Below are positions 1-14,300 of a stretch of DNA of 64,000 nt, one piece after another (position 1 is the stretch's first letter; every line of letters starts with the position of its first letter). The position numbers and the translations under genes were made by a program. The notes under the pieces were generated by a model. The model worked only from the letters and a program-made list of their open reading frames with translations. It was not told the origin of the DNA and did not search any database. The stretch comes from Owenia fusiformis (lineage: Eukaryota), in the NCBI GenBank assembly GCA_903813345.2, contig CAIIXF020000001.1, forward strand, positions 8,308,001-8,372,000. Direction: 5' to 3'.

Positions 1-816
1 CAAATCGTAAAATGTAAAAGAACAAAACATTCTAAACGTAATCACTTGGGATTAACTGGAAGCGAAGACAGGCTGTCCTCGTATCAAATTGGATGTTCTC
101 CCATTCGCAAGAAGTTTCATTTTCGCCATGTACTCACTTCATCTTTTTGAATTTAATCTCTATTTCTCGAACAGAGTACCTAAATGAAGAATAATTTTTG
201 GTTTCAAAATATGTACACGTCAACTTTACTAAATAAATGCCCACTGGCTTGGGAAAACTATTTCCCTTTTATGAACGCCCATCACCCATTGGAAAAATGT
301 TATTCCCTCTCAAAAAAATTTGGACGAAATCTTAACAATGGGTGGTACTGAACAACCAAAATCTTCTTTTTAGATATTTTTCAGGGTAGAAATATTATCA
401 ATTGATATTGGAAAACATAATTAACCATATTTTATTGAGGAAAGGGAATGAAAAAAATTATCAAATGAATATTATATAATTGTCACGGACGTCCATACGT
501 TATTCTAATGAGATAGATATTCCTTTCGCCAGAATATTCTCTTCGACTGTGATAATTGTCTAAAATGTTGGCGGCAGTCTTGAATTTTCACCAAGAAGGA
601 GTGCGATTCGTGCTGGACAATGCGGTTCAAAATTTGTAGAATGTCCATATAAGTCTATGTGCCGAGAATTTAGTTAGAATATATAGCTATATATGATCGT
701 GAACTTTCGGACCCATTATTGACCGGGCTAACCGATGTCAACGTGATCCCAATGTTATGCTGTCCTGATTCGCGAGGTTGCGACAAGATTCGTTACTAAG
801 AAATTTAATTTTTTAA

Positions 817-964
817 TTTTCGGAGAACTGGGTTTCGGAGAATTGGGTTTCGGATAACTGGGTTTCGGACAACTGGGTTTCGGACAACTGGGGACAACTG
901 GGTTTCGGAGAACTGGGTTTCGGACAACTGGGTTTCGGACAACTGGGTTTCGGACAACTGGGTT
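817..964. repeat. 15-bp minisatellite (AACTGGGTTTCGGAC/G), about 10 copies
   Basis: Directly visible tandem units with one internal deletion. It accounts for the spurious ORF 805..1002. Confidence 0.9.
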
Positions 965-2348
965 GACCCCTTATCAGTTTGCATGTGACATATTTTTCTC
1001 ACTGAAAAGCTGATATGAAACCTTCAAAATGAGTTCAATTGTACAAATGATGCATACTTACCTAGGTGAAGTAGTCTATTTGTGATTATATAACGTCAAA
1101 ATGGTCTAATTTATGATATAAATCAGAGGATTCTGATCATGTAGAAAATGTAGTGATACACTAAATTACTGAGCGTCAGACAAATTCATACTAAAAAATG
1201 TTCTTATTTTTTCAAGCAGTTGTTCAGTGCAAACAGCAAGTATAAAGATAATCACAGTATAATAGTACTTACTATAACAGGCTGGAGGTTACATAACATA
1301 AGTGAATTGAATATAAAGAACATGTTTAAATCACAGGGCACGAATGGCAACATTTTGAAAACGCATAAGGCATGTAAGATCAAGTCATGCACATTCCAAA
1401 ATAGCCCATTATAGCTAATTTAGCTAATTTAGCTTATATATTGGAGGACACACTTTTTTCGGTCGGGACTCACTTTTTAAAAAAATTTCCTTCATTGGGA
1501 CTCACATTTGTCAGAGTCTAATGCAAGCGCTGCATACTTCACAAAAGCAATACATATTACTAATCCAACTCAACTTATCTACATGTACAGGTAGATCATT
1601 GTTATTGCATGGGCGTTATGTTTCTATAATAATATCATCTTTTAAAATCTATTATATGAGTAAATCAGTTTATAATATTAATCCCAGCTTGGAAGATTTT
1701 CAGTTCTCATTGTTCTTAGTTCTCATATAAACAACTTTTCAAATAATATTACCAGGTAATGCCAGGTCATGGACTTATAGAAAGTCCATGGTCAGATGTA
1801 CAAATTATCTTACAAAATTACAGACATGATAATAGATCTCGTACTTGAGAATCTTGCAATGAAATTAAATGTTTCAGCGCTCTAACACCAAAATACACGA
1901 GAGCTCTCAGTTGCCAATGCAACATTAAAAAGTGAAACAAAAATGAAACTAGAAAGTGTATTCCTTGTAATCCATATGAATCATAAGTTTCTAAATATTT
2001 GAAAAAATATATGACAGAAGTAAATTTTGAAAAATATAACTTAACTTAAATATAACATTTTCTGTTTGAAAGATGGCATTTCTAGTTTCTGATCAAGGAA
2101 AGTGAAATATAAAGCTACCATATAATCAAACTGCATTTCTGCTCATCTGAAAGATGGCAACCATTGATGGAGTGTCTCTATTAGGGTTATTATAGTATGA
2201 GAGAATATCCTGTCCTTTAGTGAACACCTTAATTGTCCTCTGAGTCAATAGACTTCCAGGTATCTTAACTTATTATGTATGTTAAACAGCCTCCTAGTGA
2301 CACTTCAGTGGCAAAAAAGGTTGATTATGAATACTAAACTGCTCATAC

Positions 2349-5300
2349 CTGTTGTTGCAATGGCATCAAAGCCCACAAATGCATAGAAACAAGTAGCTGC
2401 CCCTGACATCATACCAGAAAAGCCAAATGGAAAAAAGCCCCCATCTCCTGTGGGATATTTTGGATCGGTACCATTAGGAATCTGGAAGTAAACAAAATGT
2501 TTTCAGTGGGGATAACCTGGTCTCACATATCTAAGTCATTCTCTACAGTGGAAGACCAATGTTTTAACTAATATATGGCTCATTCACCACACTTCCTTTC
2601 TCATTGTTCTGGTGATTACTTGATGTCCAAGGCATTAGATTAAGGATTATTGCTATGTTCTGATGATTTTTTTTATGATTTTTTATTAAGTTATTCATTT
2701 GTACAAAGAATACAATACAATAATACAGTGTAAGTGGCTGTGCTTTTAGCATTATTAGCCACTATTAGCTGATGATATGTTACCATGGTGGTACACAACA
2801 AAATTCAATGATAAGGGTTGATGTGAAAAATCAGTCAAACCCAAACCCCTTTCATTCAGAAAAGGAGGAAATGCATGCCAGACAAATGAACCTGAAATTT
2901 TAAAATATGTCTGATCCCTATTCATTTTAATCAGACCAAACAATTAATTACAAAAAAGTAACTTCTCATAATCGCACAGTATGATCATGAATCTGTTATG
3001 GAATAAGTCTTGTTTGATATCTTACAAGATGGAGACACGTGCCAAATATTTAGTAATTTAATAATTCAACTCAAACCAAAGGTATTGGTAATAGGTGACA
3101 TCTATAAAATGCATACACATGTTGTACAATATTTTTTTTTGTTATTGTGTTTTATTTCAGTTTATAATAAAATCATATACATCAAATAAGATGGAAGACC
3201 CCCTAATGGGAGTATTATCCATATTACAACGTAAAATAATGAAAAAAAAATTACAAAATGTATACACACCACTGAACCCAATCTCCACCTCAGTCCCCCC
3301 CCCACAACCACATGTACGATGCCTTTAGAAAAAGAACAGTTGATCGAGTGCCAGAAATGTGTCTCAGGATAAACTGAATAGTATGGGTCAGTTTAAGGTC
3401 ATGTTTATTGATATATGTTAATTTTGTGGTCATCTTCAACACTGAATGTTTAGTTATGCATTTAATCATAACTTTTGCTTTGATATGATAATGTTGAAGG
3501 AAAGATGCACTATTGAATTTACTGATTTGTTATTGTTATTTCCTTGTTCTTCCATTTAAACCAATGGTTTATGATTTATTAAATATTACTTCAGTTTTGT
3601 CTTAAAGTGTGATACAGAATTGATTCGAAGTAAATCTCCAGGTACATCATTCCATATATCAGTGCCTTGTTTACATATCGAGAATTTTCCAATATCAGTT
3701 CTATACTTTGCTGGTCGAAGTTTATATTCTTGTCTTGTGGAATGATCATGAATTTCATTACTAGGAGTAAAATAATATTTGAATTGCCTCTTACAGGGTT
3801 TGTTTACACCTTTAATGCATTTAAAAACATAAACTGCAATATTCATGTACACTATTTGAAATACATTCAGGATATTGGCTCTTTTGAAATGTGGGAGTGT
3901 GTGATCTCTAGGTTGGCAGTTTATATCGAAAATTCGAATAAATTGTTTCTGTAGTCTGTGTAACTTGGTCAAATAAGATGGAGGGACAGTCCCCCAAATT
4001 ATGCAGTTATAGTTCAAGTATGAATAAATAAGTGAATAATATATTGTTTTCAAAGCTTTACCATCTAAATTGAATTTTACCCTATGAAGTACACCTAATG
4101 TTTTTGAAATTTTTGTTTCAATGTGTTAATATTAGGTTTCCACGATAATGTTTCATCGATAAGTACGCCAAGAAATTTTCCAACTATAGTTCTATCTAAA
4201 AGTGAGTTATTCATGTAGATTTTTATTTTTTCATGTTCAATTACTTTTTTTGGAGACCTGAATAAGATATAATTTGTTTTTGTTGGATTTAATGCGAGTT
4301 TGTTGCACTTAAACCATTCATTAATTATAGAAAGTTCCTCATTTACTGTGGTATTGAGGTCATCAAGATTGTTACCAGAAAATAGTATATTTGTATCGTC
4401 TGCATATAGAAACATTTCTGCAGCCTCTGAAGATCTGTAAAGGTCATTTATATAAATAATAAACAAAAGAGGCCCTAGAATTGTTCCTTGTGGAACACCA
4501 CATGATAATTCAACAATATCAGATGTTTCCCCTTCAAATTGTACCACCTGGGATATTTTTGAAAGATAACTTTGAAACCAATTGGAGGCAGTTCCCCGAA
4601 TACCATAATAATTTAATTTTTGCATCAATATATTGTGATTTAATTAATCAAAAGCTTTAGACAGGTCACACATTAATCCTATGGAATATTTGTGATCTTC
4701 TAAGGCAAGGCGTACTGATTCAACAAATTTTAAAACAGCCATGAATGTTGAGTGATCTTTCTTAAAACCATACTGATGTTCGTATAAGATGTTTTGTTTC
4801 TCTAAGAAATCAAGCAACCTGTGAGACATACATTTTTCATAAATTTTAGAGAATACAGACAGAAGAGATACAGGTCGGTAATGTGTAAATATGTCATTGC
4901 GATCTTTTTTATGAATAGGAATGACTTTTGCAAATTTTAAATCATCTGGAAATATACCCTGCATAAATGAGAGATTGATAATATAAGCAAGTGGTGAGCT
5001 TATCAGATGACTGTTACAATATATAGAGCTTCATGTACAGGGTGACCACAAAAAAAGTGTGTAGATAGGGTGTTAAATTCAGGAAATATTAATGTACTTA
5101 CATAGCATTACAACAAAGACTTAGAGCTTTAGAGATATTATGTTTTCTGTGGAGGCATGCTCTGACGATGAACCACCCAAAAAGGGATAGCTATGAAATA
5201 TTAATGACTATGTATGAAAGCAATAATGGCTCAAATAATGGCTAAGATATAAATCCTGAATTCAGAAAATTGCATCTTTAACATTTTTGGTTAATTTCAC

Positions 5301-8300
5301 ATGAGAGCATATCTGGACGGATAATGTGATTACTCTTAACCTAACTCTTAATTCCATCATATATGACAAAGTTGTTCCAAAATTAGACAATGATATTTTT
5401 GTGGTCACCCTGGATATATACATGTATTCAATTCATCTCAATAAAATGGAACTAAGCAATTAAAAGATAACATGCTGGTATAAGGTTCATAAAAAGTAAT
5501 ATTATTAAATAATTCACATGTATTTTAGAAAGAGGATTGGGCAGATAAAATGGCTTGGAAGGACATTATCTTTCAAAATAATGTTATAAATAATTTACCA
5601 AGATACTTCTCAAGTTCAACCCTGCCATCCACCCAACCATGATGCTAAATGATATAAAAAGAATTAAAAATTGATTGAACTCATAGTGATAATGGCATGG
5701 CATATATAAGTATTAAGTAATATGAACCTCATTGCAAAATAAATAGTTAATGCCTTAATGTATCGCATTATCATCATAAATATATTGAGCTTTATTGCTC
5801 AATAGCATTACTTTGATCATTAAGTATTATGTTTCTATAAATGAAAGTGAAACAGTAACACCTATTAAAGCAATTGGAATCGCTGATGATATTGCTGATA
5901 CCATAACTACAATAATGCATAAAAGAAGACAAGCATACGCTTTGAATAATATGAAACAATACACCTAAACTAATTGAACTAATAACAATGTGACAGTATC
6001 GTATATATAAGGGGAATGAATCATACCGTCACAGGAAACAACGAACAGATAACTTCCTAGAATTAACATCAAGTATTTCAATGAGCTGCATACAAATATG
6101 GAAAATACATTGAAAAGAAGAAAAATTGTTCCAGCAACGGCAAAGGAATCTATGGTAAAGTTTATGGAAACAACATCTATTAGGGGCTTGCCGAGAATAG
6201 TGAGAACTCAAAATAAATTATGGCGTGTGATGTATGCAATAACTTTTCTTGCGGCATTAGGTGCAAACTTATATTTTGTATATACCACACTCGAAATATA
6301 TTTTGAATATAATACACACACAAAGGCATCAATTTTAAGGATCAATGAAGTGGATTACTTTCCAGATATCACTCTGTGCAATATTCGTAACCAAGCAAAT
6401 TCACGATTTTTTACCAATGACGGGAATTTAACGATATATGCCCAGAGAATCAGAAAATACATGACATCTGCTCTATATAAATTACATGATTTATTTGATG
6501 CAGATATAACAAGTGACTTGACAACAATAGGGATGTATGATTTGGAAAAATTATTTATCACAACAATAAACAAAGTAGGAGCGAATCAAAAAAACTTGAC
6601 AAGATCTGAACAGAAAGTCTTGGAATCTCTCACAGATTTTAGAAGTTACTTTACAATGTTTAATTCAAGTGAGAGAGAAGATATGGGTCACCAGAAGCAT
6701 GACATCATAAAACAATGCCGTGTGCTTAAATGGTTAGAAACAGATGAAGAAGACTGTAACGTGGAATCAATCATACTTTACCAAGACATGAAGTACATCA
6801 ACTGTTATACAGTTCAACTTCAGAAACAGGTAACAAACAAGACACGTGGGATCTCAACTGTTCTCTATATGACACCACATAACTTTGCAGTATTGGAAAG
6901 TATTCCAGAGAAAATCCCACAAGACAGTGGGATAGTGGTCTTTATACACCAACATAACACCATGCCTTTTGGTGCCCCGAGCTTCACAGCGGCTCCTGGA
7001 TTTAAGACCATGGTTAACATTGACGTCACAAACACTATCACTCTACCAGCTCCCTTTACAAACTGTGTTCAAGAAAGAAAATTAAATTTCACTAAATATA
7101 ATGGTGATGAATTTGTGTATGACAAAGAGCCCTGTGTGGCCCAGTGTGTACAAGAGCAGGCCCTAAAACAATGTAAGTGCCTTAATGCAGATTTTCCTCC
7201 ATTACCCAATGCATCATACTGCACAGACCTTACATTAGACAGCAAATTGTATGAAGCTAATATTGCTTGCATGCATACAGCACTGCCTACTGCCGAAACA
7301 AAGCCTTGTCTAAAACAGTGCCCAAGTAAGTGTAACCAGTATATATATAATTACAAACTGAGCCAATCAACATGGCCACAAGAAATGAGTCATCTTGGAA
7401 TATATAAAACCTACATACGAGGCACACAATATGAAAGTGAATTCACAGACTATGAAGCACTTCTTAAAGAAAATGCCCCAAACCTTACAAATAAAGAAAG
7501 GTATGACAAATTAAGAACACTATCTACAATAAAAGACACGTTTGTAAAGCTTGAAATTGGTCTCACTGACAAAGATGTAATACAGTTCAAGGATACTCCA
7601 CAACTAACAAAGTTTGATATTTGGAACACTGTCGCTTCGACTTTTATTTTTTGGATTGGATTCACATTTTTTTCCATCATGGAGATCATTGAATGTGCAT
7701 TTCATGTTGCGATAGGCTACATGTTTCATGGTGGCAGGACCCGTGAACATCCAGATAAAAGAAAACAGGTGGAGATGGGAGATAAAGGTGACAACAATAC
7801 AAAGTACTAGTCACTCCTCTCATTGCAAGCACATCAGAAAGCCTACACTTTTTCATGGACTGAGTTGATGTAAAAGTCACAGGTACGCTGAAAGTTATTT
7901 CCAGAGTACCTGAGTATACCTGTCACCTGTCATCAGAGATGGTTTCATATAAATTGAGCTGACGCTATGGATGTAATTTTATCTGCTATGTAAATGTACA
8001 GTATTATATATAAATTAATTATTATAAAACTACTCTGCCTCGTATATTTTTTAGCATTATGCAGACAATCGATAGAGACAAAGAGAGACTTCAAAGACAT
8101 ACAGCCTCTTGTTCAGATATTGTAATCTAAGCTTTTGTTGTAAATAAATTAGTATATGGATTCTACACTGCACAACAAGACTACAATTCTGAGCTCGATT
8201 TATAAGCTTCTCATTATCTGAATTACTTCATTCCTACAACATAAAATGCACACACTGTGTTTCCAATGGAGGGTATACTTGTCCCATAACTGTTGTAATT

Positions 8301-11300
8301 GCACATAAACAGTGGATGTCTTAAAATATATGCTCAAATTCAAATTCAAAGTGTTTACAATGGTGTATTATATATTATATTTGTAGAGGTATGAGCTATC
8401 AAAATCTCTGGAATCATGGTAACATTGTGCTACTTTTAAAAAGCAGGTGTCATTACTTCCATTTTTGATATTAATGGGATTGTGGGGGAAAAATGAGTAG
8501 TCAATTTCACAAAACATTGATTGCAGCAAAAAACAGCCTTACGGTACAAAAAAACATACTAGTAATCCAAATTATAAATTATGTCAGAGACACAATGACA
8601 TTTTAGCATAGTTCAGTCTAACTGAAACATTTTTTAGGCATTAACTTGCAAAATATCACCACCTGCCATTTGTTACATACACTGAATACCCACTACCGGA
8701 TGCAAAATATCAAACACAAACCACCAAACACAAAAAAATTGAAGATTATAACAATATGTCACCACTTGTGATGGTGACATAAAAATGATGTTCATTCAAT
8801 AAGGATACCATATCCCCATACAAGAAATTATTAGTACATACCTCATTCTTTGGAATGTTCCAGTTGTGAAAATCAGCTTTGAACATGCCACATATCACAA
8901 CATATGTGACAACTAACAAGTTCACACCAGTGAATATATTGTTAAATGTTGAAGATTCTTTCACCCCTATGGCAAGTATGACTGAAACATACAATGATAA
9001 AGAACATTATGATTCAAAATTTTAAAACCCAGATCATTGTACAGTAATGGATGAACAGGAGGAAAAAGAAATGTTTTGACATATATCTGTTTGTTTTGAC
9101 ACTCGGGTTTCGACAGTTCACTGACAACCAATATATGATACGTACATTGATAATTGTATTGAAACTATATATGTACACAGGTGGCACTTGCAATTTTAAT
9201 AAGAACTCGATATATCGTGTACAGCTCACATTACATAGCATTTATTCTAGCTACTTTAAAAACCACTAATGGAATAACTAAAATGGAAATAAAAATAATC
9301 AATCTAGCAGAACTTAATAGTGATCAGACATAGCAACAATCATTCAATATAAACATTCCATCAATTTGACAGAAATACAAAAGTATTTAGGAATGCTATT
9401 TTGTTCTGAAAGCCCATGCTGCAACTCACTATTTGTTTTTATATTCAAACCGGATATCAGTTTTGTACAGCCACTGATCAGATCATGATGCATAAGGGGT
9501 AACACTAAGTATACATGCTTACATATAATATAACTCAGCTATGCTTAGAATTGATCATATATCTAAAAAGCATTGTTAGCATTCCCATAATTCCAAATAA
9601 ATAGAGGTTACTTAATGGGAGGGATGGAATATGTAACTACAACTACATACTACAAAACTACTTTACATCAGTTTCACATGTCAGGGTATGATATCAGTGT
9701 GGTGTATCCATAATACATGTGTTTTAAAAAATGTTTACATAATATTAATCATTTTCCAAATTTTTAAAAGAGTGATATACAAACTTGGATAAAAGTAAGT
9801 TAACATGAGAGCTTTTACTAGACATAATAGTTTCAAACAGTTTATCTGGATCTTTGCACTGTTTCAGATCAGATTCTAAAGTTTCAAACAAAAGCTCTCT
9901 GTGTTTTAAGTTCTTTGTACAGCTTGTGATAAAGTGAAGCTATTTCTGAAACTTATTCATTTTCAAGTATGATTTGTCATCAACCAATGATGATGATATA
10001 AAGTGATACAATTTGACTTATATAACATTTTCAACTTTTATTAATAAGTTTTAAGATAAAAAGAAAATGTAAAAATCAAGAGAAATCCCAGGGAATAGTT
10101 CTGATGAGGATCTGATTTGGATCGATTTTGACTGTTACAGGATCTGATGCAGGATTTTGGATGATGTGGGATCCCTTACGGAATTATTTAAATATCAATT
10201 TTATTCCCTGTTTATTTCCCAGGGAAAACATGTTATTATGGAATAAATACAGGTCATGTGTACAATAAGCCATTTACTTACTTGATAACAGTATTGTAAT
10301 GGCAAATGCAAAGAAATCTGGGTAGCTCGATAACCACGCAACATCCATGTGTACAGTACTGTTTAGGTATGTGCTGATCTTGTAGTCTATGATGGAGTCA
10401 AAATATGCACTCCATGCTCTGGCCACACTAGCTGTTCCTATAGCAGAATAATTGCAACAATTGTAAAAACATAGAGAACACCTTTCATTTTAATTAATAC
10501 AGACATATCAAAAACATATTGGAATAAACAACAGAACTAAAGTGCCAATACCTATCTCTTGCCCTAAGATAGAAAACATTTCAGAAAAATCTGTAAATTG
10601 CATCAGCAATAGAATTTATAACAAATGGCCTCTTTTCAGTATTTTAGTATGTGCATGTACCTTTTGTAAATCGAACACACCATGCCACCGTGAGTGATTT
10701 GGTATTTGGTAGGATTTGGTATTTTCGGAAGAGAAGCTTTGTATTAAGTCTGTTAATGATGTAGGCAGTTAGAATTTCTAAAAACTGGGGTTTAATTTTA
10801 AAGGCTTTTGAGAGAGCTTTTTAATAACCAATGTGATATTTTTTATTGTGTATGTATAGTGCAGATTGATATTCTTATTTTTTGAAGACAGTCTCAGATT
10901 TTGCATCCCTCATATTTAAGTGAGCCTACCTATTACATATTCTAGAATTAGGTTCCAGCCAATGATAAAGGCCCATAGCTCTCCAACTGTCACATAACTG
11001 TACACATAGGCAGAACCAGTCTTTGGTACTCGGGCTCCAAACTCAGCATAGCACAAGCCTGAAATGACAATAATTCAATTAAAACTATTGCTTCATTTAA
11101 TTGCCTTTTAAAGATGTATTGTCCATAACAGGGAAGACTCGAGGAATTCATGTATTTTCACCTGCTCCTAAAACGATAAATGAGGGACAAGTAAATCAGA
11201 AAGAAATTCAAAGTATAAAGGTGACGAATCAGTTCACGAGTGCTGCCCTCTTAATAACAAGTCATAATCAATGTGTAGATTTCTTTATTAAAGGAATAGT

Positions 11301-14300
11301 AACCCTTGCCAATGATTTGTTTCACTCAAGTTGTAATAATATGAAAACTAAAGGTTATGGATTTATGTTAAAATTATTAATGATTTTCTTAATCTGAATG
11401 TTCTTTATCTTTTCTATAGATGGAAAGAATCCAGATCTAAGTGATAAGTTAATGGATGTATTGAGTTGTTTATATATAATGTTTTTTTAATGTTTTGACA
11501 TATTGACATAGATTACTCACATTTCTCCCTAACTAAACTTCTACATCTACAGATTTAATATGCATATTGAAATCAAACGAAAGAGGCAATATTTAAAGAG
11601 TGATGTGCTGACTATTCTAAGCTGTTAAGTGAATGATAAATAAATTTAACAAAATGTCATTACAAGCTGATATTACCACTTGAGGTAATATTTGTAAATA
11701 AATCCTCACTGTTCAAATTTTGGTTAGATTTCAGGAAGTTTACTAAAAAATGTTTTCCTGTGTTGAGAAAGCTTTGTACATTTTATGATAAAATGTACAT
11801 GATATGTACTGTATGTTACATAACCTTTCATTTACAAGTTTTGGTAAGGAAATGTTAATGTTGTTTGTTTTAAAAGATAAATAAACCTAGTTGTATCGAC
11901 TTTACATGTTAGCCATAATACATTCTATTACTCCAGTCCCTGGAGGTGTCGCAGAACAAAAAAATCAGAATGGTTCGGTTTGGAACATAATGCTTCAAAA
12001 TGGAACAGAGTGACTGTGTATTTTAGATTACTTTAAAACCCATGCGTCATAGTCAAAACTCTTCAATGAGAAAATGAACTTCTTTTGGTGTAAAATATTG
12101 AAAGAGAAATGCTGTTTTGTGGGTCAAAAGCTGTGAAAAAATGAGATTTTTTGTTCCAGGACGGAACTGAAAGGTCCATGTGCTGTATGGCAAGTGATTG
12201 TAGACAGCCATATCTTTCACCATGAGTACTTTCTGGATATAAATACAGTGGTTTTTATTAAAACAATATGTTTTCTTTAAGGTGAAGTCCACATGATAGT
12301 AAAATATCAATCCAACTCTCTGAAAAATTATGGATTGGGACCCCACCTTGTCACTTTTTTAAAAATGTAAGGCTTATTTTCTAAAAAGAGGATCTTGTTT
12401 TTCTCAATTTAAACATATCAAAAGTTTCTTCTACACTATATTAATAACTTCTGAAAAGGGGATGGGTATTGAAATGCGATAAAGTCAAAAACCACATTTC
12501 CCATGTTATTTTCCCATAGGGAAAATTCATGCTATCCATTGTTTTCAGCATGCTTTTGGTCATTGAAAATTGATATCTTCAAAACTAGACTTTCAATACC
12601 ATTCTACTTTTGAAGATGTTTTAGAGCCCTTGTTGAATAATCTTTTCATGCAATAAAATCAGAAAAAGAAGATCCTCTTTTGTGCAAATAAGTTCAACAT
12701 TTTGAAAAAATTGTTGACCTGGGGTCCCTATTTATAATTTTTCGAATTGTTCGATTGATAAAATATACTGTTTTGATGAAACCACTGTATTTATGCCCAG
12801 AAAGTACTCATGGTGAACGATATGACCGTCTAAAATCAGTTGCCATACTGCCCATTGACCTTTTGGATTTTTGTTCCATGTTCTGGACCAAAGAGCCTAA
12901 TTTTGTTGGTCGGAAGAAAATTGGGTATCTGTGACACCTCTACCAGTCCCAGTACCTCTCTGCTTTAATGAATGAATGTGGTGTTCTTATTCATCTGGAA
13001 AGACCATCGTAACATTATTCAGAAAATACTGTTTGATTATTTCTTAAAGTGAAGTGTGAAAATGTGCTAGCCATGTTTAAAAGTTGAAGACATTTTAACT
13101 GAACACAGCCTTAATGATGATATGTTCAACAATGACAATGAAGAGTATGATTTCTATCTTGCTATATCCTCCCAACAATGCAAACGTAAATTACTAGCCC
13201 ACAAACTCTATACACTGGTATTTTATAAAACTATCAAACAAACTCCCCCTTCCTTTCTGAAGAAATATCTTACTTAAGGTAAATTACTTTATTCACTTAA
13301 AGATCAAAGCCAGAGAGGTTCGTGTTTATGAGAGATGTTTTTATGTATACACACAATCAAAGTGAAAGAAATAAGTATTATTACAGAACTATGTTCATGA
13401 GAATGTGTTTTTAACTTTCTCTGGATGAACAATTGAAATGGTGCCTTGGAGATGATTTCATTATTTGGTGCAAAAATTAGGTTTTTATTTGAAAATTGTG
13501 TCAAATGATATTTAGGCTACTGACTGGTAACCTCTATTTGATTCTACGTTAAATGTGTTTCTGCACAGGAATTTTTCTATTGTGCAACCATTTAAAAATT
13601 ATTTGGCTTTTATTCAATTGAAACAGCATTTCTAATCTTATATTAGATTCCCTGATCAACATGCAGTGAAGCACCTCTCTTATCTGAACACCTCTCAATG
13701 TGAACACTTTTTCTGGGTCTCAAAATTATTTTCTCTCATTGACTAACATGTTTATAAAACCTTGAAATGTGAACACCTGCTAATCTGAACACTTTTGTCC
13801 AGTCCCAGAGGTAATCAGAGGTTTTACTGTACACATTTTTACATTACATACTTAGCGTAAGATTAGAAATCTCAAGGCACAGAATGTGGACAAAGTCCCG
13901 AGTCTCGGGCTGGGACTATAGAGGAAAAAACATGAACATTTAAAATAAACCCCTCGTGAACCCTAAGGCAAAAAATGCACAAACAAATAGCTGAACAAAG
14001 TTATGCAAATGTGATTTACATCTATTAGTAATCTCTCAAATATATTTACCAGCTAACACAGATGCCACTGCAGCAACAAAGAAGGCAAGGACAACAGAAG
14101 GACCAGCTGATTGCTTTGCTACCTGGCCTGCCACAACATAAATACCAGCTCCAAGTGTACTGCCAATACCTACAACAGAGAACCAGCATACAATTAATAT
14201 AACGCATATTATGGCAACACCAAGGTGTAGCAAATTCCTTCAAACATCTTATAACATTGCTAGATATTATTTCACAAAACGTCCATCATGCTGAAATTGA

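Noticed and set aside
805-1002. 65-aa ORF with TQLSE repeats
   Set aside because: It is a translation of the 15-bp minisatellite.
3586-4964. Active or domesticated reverse transcriptase system, such as a retron or DGR
   Set aside because: Ordinary LINE RT with a stop codon, a frameshift and 5' truncation.
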